NCBI RefSeq assembly: GCF_036321535.1
Contig: NC_087437.1
Coordinates: forward strand, 48,672,001 to 48,736,000
Direction: 5' to 3'
From: Camelus dromedarius
Taxonomy: Eukaryota
Length of the DNA: 64,000 bases
Both the position numbers and the translations under genes were made by a program. Each line of letters starts with the position of its first letter. The first letter of the stretch is position 1. The notes under the pieces are model-generated. The model was not told the origin of the DNA and made no database searches. It was given only the letters and a program-made list of their open reading frames with translations. Below are positions 1-12,689 of the stretch, one piece after another.

Positions 1-59
1 CTTCCCCTGGCCTCACAGTTCCACTATATGGCATTTCCTCTTTTTACTTCTCTGAGTCC

Positions 60-270
60 CCCTATTACACTGTAAGCAACATAAGTCAGAGAGTGTCCAG
101 CGTACTTAACACTGGGTCCCCAGCACTAGGCACACAGAAGACATTCACTCATTCATTTATTCATTCAAACTATAGTCACTGAGCACCTAATGTGTGACAT
201 ACTCTCTGTAGTAAGTGATGGGGACATATATCAGCAGGCGAAACGAGAGTAGGATGCTGCCTTCTAGAAT
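60..270. mobile_element. Tail-to-tail L2 LINE 3'-end fragments
   Basis: The + L2 end (actgtaagc...ccccagcactaggcacacag) abuts a - L2 end (cattcattcaaac...ctgagcacctaatgtgtg). Boundaries approximate. Confidence 0.6.
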
Positions 271-1164
271 TTTTGTTAAATTAGCTAAAGCACACCAAAT
301 GCACACAGTATAACAAAGTTATCAGGACTTATCAGAAAAAAGCATGTCTGGCTCCAGGTGGGAGGGGATTAGGGGCAGAGCAGTCACACCAGTAGAATAA
401 GGTCTTACCTGAAACTTCAAAGACGAGGATGCAAAGGTTCCTGGTGAAAAGTTGAGATGAAAGTTTATTCCAGGTGGAGAGAATAACAATAAAAAGACAA
501 TAATGTAAAAAATCTTAAGTCTAGGAGGTGGAGGGAAGTGAGAAACTACAAATAGTTCAACACTGCTGAATGGGGAATGGGGTGACTTTTGAGGTAGCAT
601 TTGCCTGGGGGAGTACCATGAGCTGAGGCAGGGAGACTGGAAAGGTCCCATGTCACAAAAATATTCTCTTACAGACAATAGGGATACCTTGAGTAATTTT
701 AAATGGAGTAGGGGGATGAATGGAAAAGAGATCAGTAATGAGGATCTGAAATAGGAAAGAGAAAAGAGTCAGAAGATAAGACCCTGTGACTGTTTAAAAG
801 TGAGACAAACCAAGAGGATGGTCTTCTCATTCTGCGGGAAATATCAGGGACCAGTGGACTTGGGATGAGAAAAGCCAGCTCCAAAATCTGCCAGCAATAT
901 CGTTCCACAAATAGTGGATTTGCTTAGCCTTTCAACCTCATATATTCTCCCATGTGCTTAACAATCCCACTCCTTTAGTCGAGTGTAGAGCGACATCCAC
1001 AGTGCACATCATCAGAGTGTTCTTACGCTCCAGGGTCCGTGGTAAACACAGAAAGATAAAGAAGACAAGCAGGAAGTAATATCCTGTGTCTTACGCTATA
1101 CCAGCAGTTAGTTAAAGAAATAAATATATATATATATATGTATTGGCTTTCTTTGCTTTCAGTA

Positions 1165-1290
1165 CTGCTTTTCAAAATAATATAAAGATTCTCTCCTTTA
1201 CTTCTTTGTTCTTTTCTGAATTGTTCTCATAATCCTTACAATGAGCATGAATTATTTTTACAATCAGAAGAAAAATACTTTTTAACAACA
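1165..1290 (+). mobile_element. Old L1M (L1ME-type) 3' end
   Basis: ttacaatgagcatgaattatttttacaatcagaagaaaa is typical of an L1ME terminus. Confidence 0.55.
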
Positions 1291-2449
1291 ATAATACCCC
1301 TCCTCTGGGCAAAAAAAGATCCTTGGGAGGTAATGGGGAGTGGGAAAACAGCAAACAAAAAACATACCCACCACATAACTACTGTATAGAAAAAGGTAGG
1401 GTAAAGATACAAAGAAACATGCATTTGTCGTGATGTACACACCATCCCCGCGCGCACAGTGTGAGAACAAGCCTGGTACGGTGCTACGGCTTGAATCTTC
1501 CATGCTGCTGTGTGGAGAAAGTACCACTCCACCGGGCTAAGAAATTTGGCATTTTTACAGTGAAGGCTTTAAGAGACACTGCAGAGAGGTGGCCTGCTTT
1601 AACTCAATGTACTATAGCTCACCACATAATATATGGGTAAGTTTACTCAAAGCACTTTTTATCAGCTGTCAATCTGTTTCTTAGCCTGCATTTGGCTACA
1701 TTTCTGGTAGCAAAGGAGAAAGCAGGATTATTCTGTGGTTCTTGCCCTAGGGGTACTAATTGCTGCCTATTACTTTAGTGAACTGTGTGTGGAAATAATT
1801 GCTGTTCTTTTGCTATGTTCTGTAGTATTATTCACATAAATCCTATGTGAAGCTAGATCTGTATACCATTACTCAGTCCGGTCAAAAGTGGATGATGTCT
1901 GTGTACATGCGCCTAGATAATTGGAAGTGGTTATGTCATCCCATGATGAGACCATTGAAGGTATATTGAGGCTTTCCTCTTGGAATCTGTTCAGTATGCC
2001 TGCCCACATTCTAAGAATTTCATGCCATCCATTGTTTTTCTTCTCTACATGTCCAATGCTGACTTCTTGTTATTCCCATAGCATTATCTTACTCCAAACT
2101 CTTTTGAGAATGAGTTTCTTAAGTTTCAGTGAGGATTTCTGAAAATACTAACTGTTCTCATCTTCTTTCTCATATTCTTTTAACTCTACCTCTCACTGAG
2201 GTTCATGTAAAGGTGGCTGGTAATGGTGGGAGAAAGAAAGTGAAAGAGAGAGGGGTGGGGAAGAGAGAGAAAGAGATGCACACATTAACCAAGAGTTTTC
2301 TTTTATGAACAAGAAAATTGGCCGTCTTCCTATTAGCATATGAGGAACCTAAGAATGTCGCTTGTTGTCAAGGCAACAGCTGTTTCTTGGGTAGCTGCAA
2401 GAAAAAAGAAGATAGAGCAATCTTTACAGGATCAAGTCTTTTTATCATC

Positions 2450-3110
2450 AAATCATAAAAAGGAACCTTGAGAGTCTACCCAGCCTATTCACCTGCCCTT
2501 AGTTAAGGCTCACTAAAATAATTTGAAACTAATATAAAAAAAAATCTTATTTTAAATAATTCTGAAAAGATTACATAGCTTTGCTTGGTAATCATCTACA
2601 ATGTTTCACAGTTCACATCACTGATAAGTTTTTTCCAATCATTCTAACTTAAATCTCTCATGCTGCAGTTTGAAATCCACTTCCCATAGTTCCAGTCTCA
2701 GTGGAAATAAACAACTGTACTCTTTCCTCTCTAAGAGAGTCTTGCCTGTACTTGAAAAAAAAATAACAAAAATGTCTGACAAATTCCTCAAGGTGAATAA
2801 TGCTAGGTACTTTTATCTTTTCAGCCATTTGTATTGTAAGCCTTATCTGATGACATCCTACACTCTTCAAGACCATTCCTAACTAAGGAACCCAGTCCTA
2901 TCTTGTTACTTATCAAAAAGGCTGGTCAGTGATGCCCAAAAGGAGCAGGACACCACCCAGTTCTCAGTATATCTGCTCGAGTCTCACAGGTTGACTTACT
3001 CAGTAGATTCATCACACGTTGTTTTGCACATACAGACTGACAGAGCTTTTGCTTCTTGATTTGAACATCACTTATTCTCTATCTGGTACTTGGGCAGCTG
3101 ATTTTTCTCA
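2450..3110 (-). mobile_element. CR1/L3 ancient LINE fragment
   Basis: tcataaaaaggaaccttgagagtc...ttccaatcattctaacttaaatctctcatgctgcagtttg resembles antisense CR1/L3 3' region. Confidence 0.6.
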
Positions 3111-3469
3111 AGTAGTCAACTATATTTTTCTGGTAGAATAGTATTTTCTTGGTTCTTTCAAGATGAAATCATGCACTCCCTCTCTGACAGTGGCAGGTTT
3201 AATAAGCACTTTCTGTCCCACTGTTCATGTCACTATTTAACGAATGCTGAGCACTTGCCACAGGAAGTCATCCTGGAAATGTTTTTTAAAAGATACCCAT
3301 ACTGGTCAGCCAGGCACGAAAATTTGTCACCTAGAATCAGATACATCCTCCTCACTGGATTACCTGTATCATTTTGACCCATTACCTTAGTTCTTCAGTC
3401 ATGGATGACATACTTCCTCGTCCAAATTTTTTTGTCCTTAAAATGGAGGGACTGCAAACATAGACTGAG

Positions 3470-3700
3470 TTGTCATTTATTGACCCCTTTCTCTATATGA
3501 AACACTGTGCTAATCAGTTTACTTATATTATCTCATTTCAGCTTCACAACAACAAGAAAAAGTAGATATTTATTGTCATTTCCATTTTACAGGAAAAGAA
3601 AGTGAAGCTTAGTATGGTCAAGTAACTTTCCCAAAATAACATGGCCACTGCGCGATGGAGCCAGATTTGGGCCTGTCCTCTGTACTCTTAACCACTCTGC
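3470..3700 (-). mobile_element. MIR SINE
   Basis: Antisense core ccattttacaggaaaagaaagtgaagcttag...aagtaactttcccaa. Confidence 0.8.
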
Positions 3701-3709
3701 CAAGAGCAG

Positions 3710-4270
3710 GAGAATGGATGCTCCACTCACATGCTGCTGAAAGCATTAAATTGGTAGAATCTTTCTTGAAGGCAATTTGGTAATATCTGAATCCTTAAAA
3801 AGGGTGCATATCCTTTTCTCCGGTATTTTTTTTTCATTTAAGAAATGTCTATATAATATTTACTATGTGCCAGGCACTTCCCTAAGCACTTTTCATATAT
3901 TAAAAATAAGCCCTTATGGCAATGTTATAGTACCTCTCTTTTACAAAAGAGCAAATTGAGGCATTTAGAAACTAAGCAATTTTCCTAAAGTTTCACAATT
4001 CATAAATGCAAAGCTAGGTTGTGGCTGCTGAACCATATATTGATATATTGACAAGGAAACACAGTAAATGAAATAATATGATGCTACATCTAATTTTTAT
4101 TTGAAAAATAGAAATGTATATACGGACACAAAAAGCTAGAATATAAGCACAACAAAATTAAACAGCGATAAGGTTAGGAATGGGTGATTTTTTTCTTGAA
4201 TATATGTGTATTTGTCTTTCTTCTTTCCCTTTTTTTTATGGTGAAAGGTTATTTCTTTTCTAAATAGCAA
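3710..4270 (+). mobile_element. Old L1ME fragments with an interleaved antisense MIR (about 3850-4020)
   Basis: taaattggtagaatctttcttgaaggcaatttggtaatatct (L1 3' region); ttttacaaaagagcaaattgaggcatttag (MIR core). Confidence 0.6.
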
Positions 4271-4609
4271 TTCTTAATTGAAAAGTAACCTAAAGAGACT
4301 GTAATAAGGTTTCTCTGAGATCTTTTGACAGCAGGATGGTGCTTACATTATATAAGCTTATATAAACAAGGCTGTGCTTAGAACAAACTTCAACTGGATA
4401 TCTCGTCTCCCTGGTCCATCCTTTATTAATATCAAGCTAGGAAGCCAGGAGGATTACTTGATTTGCTTTAATGAAGTTATGTGACCTAGTGAACAACCCT
4501 AGTTTATGAATTTGGAAAACCTCACCCTAGATTTATCAATATGACAAGCCATTTAACTCCTCTTGCTACATCTCTGGGTTATGTTGGAGGTGCTTGCGGT
4601 TCCAGAATA

Positions 4610-4830
4610 GAGAAATGATTAAGAACCAGGTTCCAGGGATCAGGCCTCTATAGGTTTCATTCCTAAGTCCGCCACTTATTTTATCTGTGTGAACTCAAAT
4701 TCTCTGGGTTTCATTTTCCTCATAGGTAAAATGGGGGTACTAAGAGCATTAAGCATTAAGCCCTATGGCTTTTGAGAGAATTAACTGAAATAATGTGTGT
4801 AAAACACTACTAAGTCAGGTAAAGGACAGC
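4610..4830 (+). mobile_element. MIR SINE
   Basis: tgattaagaaccaggttccagg...tttcattttcctcataggtaaaatgggg...gagagaattaactgaaataatgtgtgtaaaacact. Confidence 0.8.
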
Positions 4831-7609
4831 TGTTCCATTATAACTGTTTATTACTGTTTAATGTTCATTTTTAAAGTAACTTTGAGAGTCTCTAGTAAAA
4901 GTTACCGGGCAATTTCTTCAGGTATTCTCACCTGAAGAATTTATATTTTTCTTTAGTACGGAGATGAGAAAACACAGGGCATCATCTATGATCTGATCTA
5001 TTTAAACTTGTTAGACTTCAGTCTTCTAAATGATCTCTGTTGTTTTCTAAGGTCAGTTTTCATAATCAATGTGATTACTACACCTATACTGATAATGATT
5101 CTATGAACTATTCAGAATCCATAGTCAACATGTACTGATTGTTCTGACTATGCCACAGACTGTTTGCTTTTGCATATAGTCTCAAACTAAACTGTGGACC
5201 CTCATACACCTAATGCTCATCAGACTCCCATGCTATATCATTTGACTACTGCCAGTTTCTATGGGGAAGGAATATCAGATTAAATTCCTTGTGTTATGGA
5301 CAAAAAAACCACCAGTGAAATCACTTTTTCCCATAGCACTCAATGGCCATTCCCAAGAAAGACATCTTCCATGTTTTCATGCTGGTGTGTGGAGGAATAA
5401 ATGAGTGCACTCATGTGTGCATAAACACACACAAACCCACCCCCCACACACACACACACAATTAAACCTCTCTTCAATAAAATTAATTAAGGGAGTGGTA
5501 TTTACATCCTCCTAACACTGTTTCCTCTGAATTCTGAAGAAACAGCTTTGAGAAAACCCTTGCTGTCTTTTGCCGATAGAGTTGTTACACCCAAATCTGA
5601 ACCAGCTTTTCAAGTGGATTTGGTTGTGTGAGTCAAAGCAGAGCGGGTGTTGTTATGTGTCTCCCTGCCTCTCCCCACTTCCCACATTAGTTGAGCCTCA
5701 CTGCTCTTCACCATAATCCTCCCTGCCCCACTCTCCACGTTGGTTGAGCCTCAGTGCTCCAACAAGTAATGCACTTCTGACACAATGGGGGACAGTAGGG
5801 GCAGTGTGGGGGAAATCAGATAATGCAGACACCAGCTTGACAGACTTGCTTCCTTTTGAGTGCCACATTATGAACTGGCCAAGTGAAACATGAAAGTATT
5901 ATCCTGTCTTATCTGGCGGTTGAAAGGGGTGCAGCCTCCTTCATGGTAAGATTTTTGGCTTGTAGCCAAGGGATTCTCACTTTAGCTGCTTTACGTATTT
6001 ACCCAGGGTGCTGTCTTCTTACTTCTGTTAGCTGTTTTGACTCAAACCTGCTCCAGGATGAGAGAAAACCTGTCAGGACCAGGTGATGTCTCTGCCACAC
6101 AGGTTACATAAGAGTGGGTAAATTCTGAAGCCAATTTAGAAATGTCTGCAGCTGGAGGGTGAGTTTAGGGACTCCAGGATACCTTCCAGATATGCTAGAT
6201 TTCATAGGGTTTCCCATATTTATGCATCTCCCTAGGACTGGCTTTTGTCTTCTCCCAGGGAAACCTGTCATTCTTGGATTACTATCTTCCTATCTCAGAG
6301 AGGAACATGTAAACACGCACGTGTGCATGCGCACACGCACACACACACTCTTCAGAATCAGAGTCTACATGAAATGCATCCAGGGTTGGTTTCTTCAACA
6401 AGCTTCACAAGTAAATCTGATGCCTAATCTGTGGTTTAAGAATGACTGTCCACAGCCTTCCTATAGTCCCATCTAGAAACAAACTCAAGGGCTAACTTTT
6501 TAAATTTATGAGCCACTGTGATAAAGCAAAACCATCCTGAAGTTCAAAGTTCCTCTTATTGCTGACAATAATTAACAACAAATTGTATAACACTACTTTT
6601 GCAGATACCCAGAATGGCTGCCTAGTTTTTATTAAATGTTATGAGTAAATGGCTTAATTTGCCAGAACCAAAAGCATAGCCTTTTTACAGCATAATTAAC
6701 TTTACAAAGACCAGCACACAGACCATCATCCAGTTGTTGTTTGTGTGACCCTGAAGACAATTGTTTAAGGTATCTGAGGTTTGGTCTCATTAGGGTAAAA
6801 TATATTCTCTTTCTTATAACTCTCTTTTAAAGATTGAAAATAAATAAAGACCCTTGCCCAACACCCAGTTGGTGTATAGGAGCATCCGATTCAGGTTGGC
6901 TTCCTTCTCTTTCTTATTTCTGTACTTTCCTTACAAAGAACTAGATTTTGCTTTCCACTGGACCAGACCCTAATTTACCTATTTATCCAGGATGCTAAAT
7001 TGCCACTCTATTTAAGAACTCAGAAAAGTAACACACATCATCCTAGAAATTCAAGGGTATGTATAGGTAGTATTTCATGAAACCACATAAAAGTGATAAT
7101 GAAGGAAACTAAGATTCTCATCTTCATTTTACAGGCACTTGAATTTTTTGAGGTTGTGTGCTTCCAAGAAAACAACCAATCTGTGACCAAGATGTAATTA
7201 AGACCCACGATTTCTAATTCACAGGCTTTGACTCCAACCTCTGAAAATGCTTCAATTCAATGAAACTAATGGCACTTTGGTCTCTGGAATTAGATCCTGT
7301 TATCAATGACTTCCACATGGAAAGATCATTCCAAAATGTGTAATTAACCAAGAAAATGCAAATAAACCAATTTGTACCTGCTATTTAGAGGTAAGACATA
7401 GAAATGGCTTGAGTTCATTATTTGAAAACTAACCTTTCTGCTTCAAATGTAGCTCATGTTCTCCAGTTGTTCATGTATTTTTTCAAAAATTACATTTTCA
7501 GTGAAATATTGTAGATTATTTGTGATTCTATTACCAGTGCAGAGCTTGGAATGGAGAGTGAAATACATGTCATCAGGCACAATGGGAAGAAAATCCTTCT
7601 TTGAATGAC

Positions 7610-7870
7610 CTTCAGCAATTCAATGTAATAAACATTTTTTGAAACTCTATTGTGTACCAGGCCCTGTGCTGAGTAGGGTAGGAGTCAAGCTCCCAGGCTA
7701 GCACAGAGGGAAACATGGTAATACTTGGCAGATGTTACTGAATGATTGAACCTAGTGAGATAGGTACACATTTAACTATAGCTTTAAAAAGCAGATGGGA
7801 AATACATAATTAAACAGGTCTATAAGGGTATGGTCTAGAAAGGCTGCTTAGAGGAAGAAATATTTAACAT
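7610..7870 (-). mobile_element. L2 LINE 3' part
   Basis: ttcaatgtaataaacatttttt...tattgtgtaccaggccctgtgctg; gaaaggctgcttagaggaag. Confidence 0.65.
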
Positions 7871-7884
7871 GGAACTGGAAGACT

Positions 7885-8360
7885 ATTTCTTTCAAGTGGC
7901 AGAGACTCAATTCAAAGAAGTGTAAGGGGGAAAAACAGAGATTATGGGTTGTCACTATTAGGAAAGGACTGAAACACACTGACTCTCTTAGTCTTTCTAC
8001 CTCTCTTGTCTGATTCTCTTTGCATGTTGCCTTTGGTGTCTTCTACTACACATGAGCTTTCTCCTTGTATTAGGAACATGGCCACTGGCAGCTTTGGGCT
8101 AAACTTCATTCCAAAGTAATGATTCAGAAAGAAAAGAGTCTCTCTTGCCTACTTTCAGTCTAGGAAGGACTCCAATTGGCCCAGCTTGGTTTACTTGCTC
8201 ACCCTTGTGGCCACAAATGTGATATTTATACGGCCTATGTCAAGTAGCCAGAATTGGACACTATTGTGACTGGCAAGGCTTTTGGAAACACATCATTGCA
8301 AAGGGATAGAAGCAAGTTCTATTAGAAAGAGTATTTCTGGGTAGATCAAAAGAATGAATG
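7885..8360 (-). mobile_element. MaLR LTR (MLT1J/K-like)
   Basis: tcaagtggcagagactcaattcaaa...aacatggccactggcagc...gactccaattggcccagcttgg. Confidence 0.65.
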
Positions 8361-8399
8361 CCACTGCAGTCTAGAAAAGCAAATTGGCCAACCTCCGTG

Positions 8400-8725
8400 C
8401 TAAGATGGGGGAAAGGGTCGTTTCAAGCAGAAGAGTTTGAGCAAAGGTAAGAAGACGGAAGACTCAGCATCTGTTGAGGGGTCTGATGGTATTGGTGGTA
8501 CACAGTGGGAAAGAAAGGAAGATTGGTTGGGGTCAAATAGGGTGAATATCTGAAGCCCTATAAAGAAGTTGGTGCTATATTCTCTAAGCAGGGTACAGGT
8601 TTTTAAGGTTTTGAGAGTTACATAATATACTCTACATTTTAGAAAAATAATTTTCTTATATGGTGGAGGATATGCGGGACAGAAATCCTGAAGACAAGGA
8701 GATTGAGTAGGAAAGGTCTGGTGGG
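8400..8725 (-). mobile_element. L2 LINE fragment
   Basis: ttctctaagcagggtacaggtttttaaggttttgag...acattttagaaaaataattttct. Confidence 0.6.
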
Positions 8726-8734
8726 TATGCTGTT

Positions 8735-9190
8735 TTTGTCTGAAAGCAATCATTTCCTGGTAAGAACTTCCTCTCTGCTCTGTGAGGTCTTGGTGAGACT
8801 GTCAATCAGTGTCCCACAGAACCACAGGCTTAGGTCAATTTTAATGCTGCATTTTTTGGGACAAACAGTTGATTCATGGATAAGCACATGACTCAAGCAG
8901 AGCCAGCCTGAGCTCTTTCCTGAGATTTAACCCATGGATCCCTTCAGAAAACATTCTCTAAAGATGTAGGCTGTGAGTTTCCAGCAGTCATCCTGCCATT
9001 ACATACAATGAGTCTGTGTAAATAGAAACCAATACATGAGAAAAGAATAGAGATGAAAGGAAAAAAAGCGCTCTGTGGACATTGTGTCAGCCCTGGATTG
9101 ACAGTGTCTTGAAACTTCCAGTTATATGTGTCAATATCATTCATTTTTTGCTTGTCTCTTAATTGCATTTATTTCACATAACAACTGAAT
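8735..9190 (+). mobile_element. MaLR LTR (MLT1K/L-like)
   Basis: gcacatgactcaagcagagccagc...cagccctggatt...ttccagttatatgtgtcaata...cataacaactgaa. Confidence 0.6.
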
Positions 9191-9209
9191 ACAAAAGGAC
9201 AACTGAACA

Positions 9210-9450
9210 AAATTTACTGAACACCTATATCATACTAAACATGGTACTGGATACTTTAGGCACATTATCATATTAAATCTTTACAAAAGCTCTGAAAGTA
9301 GATATTATGATTCCCCATTTTATAGAGGGAGAAATCATGATCCCCCAAAATTAAATAACTTCAAAAAGTATATTTAACTAGTAAGAGTTGGAAATGATAT
9401 TCTAAAGATTTGTTCAACTCCAAAGCCTATATTCTTTGTGCCTCACCATA
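9210..9450 (-). mobile_element. MIR SINE
   Basis: atttactgaacacctat...ttccccattttatagagggagaaatc. Confidence 0.75.
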
Positions 9451-9731
9451 TCTATGCTACATTGCACTGTACCATTATAAAGCAATATTCTCAACAAGAA
9501 ATAGTAAAAGCCCAAACTAAGGCAATACCAGCGAGAATAAGAGAAGACAGATTCAAGAGATAATTTAGGAAAGAGAAACAATAGTTCTCAGTGATTTATT
9601 TTCAGAGAATTTTAAATGTTGAGGAACAGTAGAAGTCTAAGAAGATTCTGAAATCAGTTTAATCTCAGTATATATGGAAGGAAGCCTGACTGGAAGGGAA
9701 CAAATCATGTTTCATTTAAAGTGTAAGTTGA

Positions 9732-10424
9732 CTTCTGGTGGGAATGTAAATTGGTGCAGCCACTGTGGAAAACAGTATGGAGATTTTTTCAAAAAAACTA
9801 AAAATAGAACTATTGTATGACCCAGCAATTCCACTCCTGGGTATACATATCTGAAAAAAACAAAACCACTAACATGCACCCCCATGTTCATAGCAGCATT
9901 ATTTACAATTGCCAAGATATGAAAGCAACCTAAGTGTCCATCAACAGATGAATGAATAAAGGAGGTGTGTGGAATACTACTCGCCCATAAAAAAGAATGC
10001 AATTTTGCCATTTGCAGCAACATGGATGGATTTGGAGGGCATTATGCTAAGTGAGATAAGCCAGACAGAGAATGACAAAATACTGTATGACATCACTTAT
10101 ATGTGAAATCTAAAAATTACAACAAACTAGAGAATATAACAAAAAAGATGCAGACACACAGATATAGAGAAAAAACTAGTGGTTACCAGTGGAGAGAGGA
10201 AAGGAGGAAGGGGCAATATATGGGTAGAGGACTAAAAGGTACAAACTATTATATATAAAATGAGCTACTGGGATCTACTGTACAACACAGGGAATATAAC
10301 CAATATTTTATAATAACTATAAATTGAGTATAAACTTTAAAAAGTGTGAATCATTATACTGTACACCTATAACATATAATATTGTACATCAACTATACCT
10401 CAATAAAAATAAATTAAATAAAAT
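9732..10424 (+). mobile_element. 5'-truncated, relatively young L1 (ORF2 C-terminus, 3'UTR, A-rich tail) inserted into an L2
   Basis: ggtgggaatgtaaattggtgcagccactgtggaaaacagtatggag...; tail caataaaaataaattaaataaaat; TSD at 9718-9731 and 10425-10438. Confidence 0.92.
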
Positions 10425-10869
10425 AAAGTGTGTGTTGAGTATCCAAGTAGAGCCATCCAGTGAGTTAAGAATACAGTTGCAGTGATCCAATAGATACATA
10501 GGTGTGAGAGTAACACATCCATACCAGTATTTACAGCCTCTGGAGTGGATGAGATCGTCCACAGACAACCCATCAAGTGAGAAATAAAAGATGGCAGAAG
10601 AGGAATCCTCTAGATTTGAAAGCATCCGCATTTAAAGAATACGCCTTTGTCCATGCTCACGCCCTGTGGAGTGCTCTTCTCCTTTATCTACCTTAGGAAT
10701 GTATAGTCATTTGTGATGACATTACACAATCATAATACCTCTTCAAGATTTTGTTGGCTCGTCATCTTTGTCCTCTAATAAAACTGAATGCTTCAACCTT
10801 TGTATCAGGCCCCTGGAATTCTGTACAATAATACTCTTATTATAGTTCTTATAATACTATTATTCTAGA

Positions 10870-11100
10870 GCTTTAGGGACAAGAGCACAGACTTCAGATT
10901 TAGACAGATCTGGGTTGAATTTCCACTCTGATCCACTAGCCACGTGGCCTTTGGCAAATTATCTGACCTATTTTGAGTCTTAATTTTCTCCTATGTGGGA
11001 AAAGGGACAAAAATACCTCCCTTGCAAGGTGGTTTTGAAAATAGAAGATATTTGTAAAGCTATTGGTACAGCAACTAGCACATAGGAAACACTAGACTAA
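10870..11100 (+). mobile_element. MIR SINE
   Basis: aagagcacagacttcagatttagacagatctgggttgaatttccactctg...tggcctttggcaaatta. Confidence 0.8.
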
Positions 11101-11139
11101 GAGTAGATATCATGTGTTTATAAATCTATTTCTACTCAT

Positions 11140-11700
11140 CAGTCTCCTCCCATGTCTTCCTCATCTTTATACCTCTGTTCTCTGACAAAGTGATCTGATA
11201 CCTCATGGCCACTCAGGAAATGTGTGCTGAATTCACACATGAGTAGATATGAAGCCAGAGAGGTAAGAGGACAATCAGGAGAGAATAGAGGCATGGAAAG
11301 AAGGGAAAAGAGCATGTCAAGACAGATGGTAAACAGTGCCAAATGCTCTCGACAGACCCAGGAGAACGAGGGCTGCAGTATGGCACGCGATTGGGCAGAA
11401 AGGATTTTGGTCATTTTTGAAATTGTGATTCTAGAGAAATGTTGAGTATTCAAAGGAGATTACAGTGACTGCTGCATAAACGAGACGGAGAGATGTGAGG
11501 GCAGGAAGTCTAGGCAACTTTTGTAATAAGCTGAATGATAAAGGGACAGAAAGAAACGTGGCGGTAACTTGAATGTGAAACATGTAGAAGGACAATTTTT
11601 GTAAAACAAGAAAAAATGTTAAATGCATTTAACTGAAAGGGAGGACATGGTTGTGTCAGGAAAAATATCTGAGACTTGGAAATGGGCAAAAACAATTATT
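11140..11700. mobile_element. L2 fragments
   Basis: ctcatctttatacctc...ggccactcaggaaatgtgtgctgaat (+ end); gtaaacagtgccaaatgctc...gtctaggcaacttttgtaataag (- body). Confidence 0.55.
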
Positions 11701-12689
11701 AAATGTCCTACTGGGCCCCTCCAGGGCCCCTCCAGGATGTATCTGATTTTGTGTACCTCTGACTGACTTTCTGTTGACCAAGCTATTTTAAAACTCTGTG
11801 GAGGTGGAATTTTACTTGTTAAAAAAAAAACAAAACTGGGTAGTAATGCAAATTATTCTTGGAGATAGCAATACAAATGAATTTTGTCCAGTGGAGATAT
11901 CGTTGACTTTTGCCCTATAGAAAAGGTAACCTTAAACATATGGTTTGCTGCCCTAAAGGATATTAAGCAGTTTTCCATCTACTAGTAAGTTTATTTCAGC
12001 ATTCCCAACTACTTGTACATATCTCTGTTTTTCAAATTCTCCTTCAATACAGTCACAATTATTTCAATAATGGCCCTTCATTGATTAATGAGCTGAATAA
12101 AATTTTTGTCATGTGTTTATTTATATTTGTATGAGAATCATTTTGTATGTGCTTATGAAACTGATATTTTTAACACTTTGAAAATTATAATTTAGTGATG
12201 GAAGGGTGCTATTGAAGGAAGAGCAGAGAAAAGAGAGCTTCCTGCACAAGATCCTGGAAAAGGAATTCAGTTAAGGAGTGGTGTGGAGGAAGCATCTCCT
12301 TTCTAGGAAGAAGGGAAGACGGCAAATAACTTTTTTCTTGATGGAAATATGTAGTCAAATATTTGATCGTGTATTGTCTAATTTATTCCCCACTGACTAT
12401 ATAACAAAATGATGCGTTCATTACATACTGGATCTCTTTCACTGTCCCCACCTTTGTTAGGCCAGGGTAAATGGTCAGTTGGTGTAAAGAGACACTAAAT
12501 ACTTGGTTTTTAGGGCAAGTATATCTACTGCCACTTTTCAAGTGAGTAGCAAATCACATTTTCCCATAACTCAAATATCTGTTATGTACTCCTGATTTAA
12601 AGACGTTTTCTGAAATATGTCTGCTTTCTGGGAACACTCAAAATTGTGTTCTGGGAACACAGAGAACACTCAAAATATTGTTATAAAGT

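Noticed and set aside
900..1020. C/D snoRNA (minus-strand TGATGA)
   Set aside because: No downstream CTGA D box or terminal stem at a plausible distance.
4914..4939. Hairpin TTCTTCAGGT-attctc-ACCTGAAGAA
   Set aside because: The 10-bp stem is too short for a pre-miRNA, and a few such stems can arise by chance in 64 kb of AT-rich DNA.
11714..11737. Tandem duplication (GGGCCCCTCCA)x2
   Set aside because: Ordinary slippage duplication with no sign of function.
12626..12676. Interleaved short repeats ttctgggaacac / gaacactcaaaat
   Set aside because: Probably local slippage or a degraded hAT end; too short to interpret.
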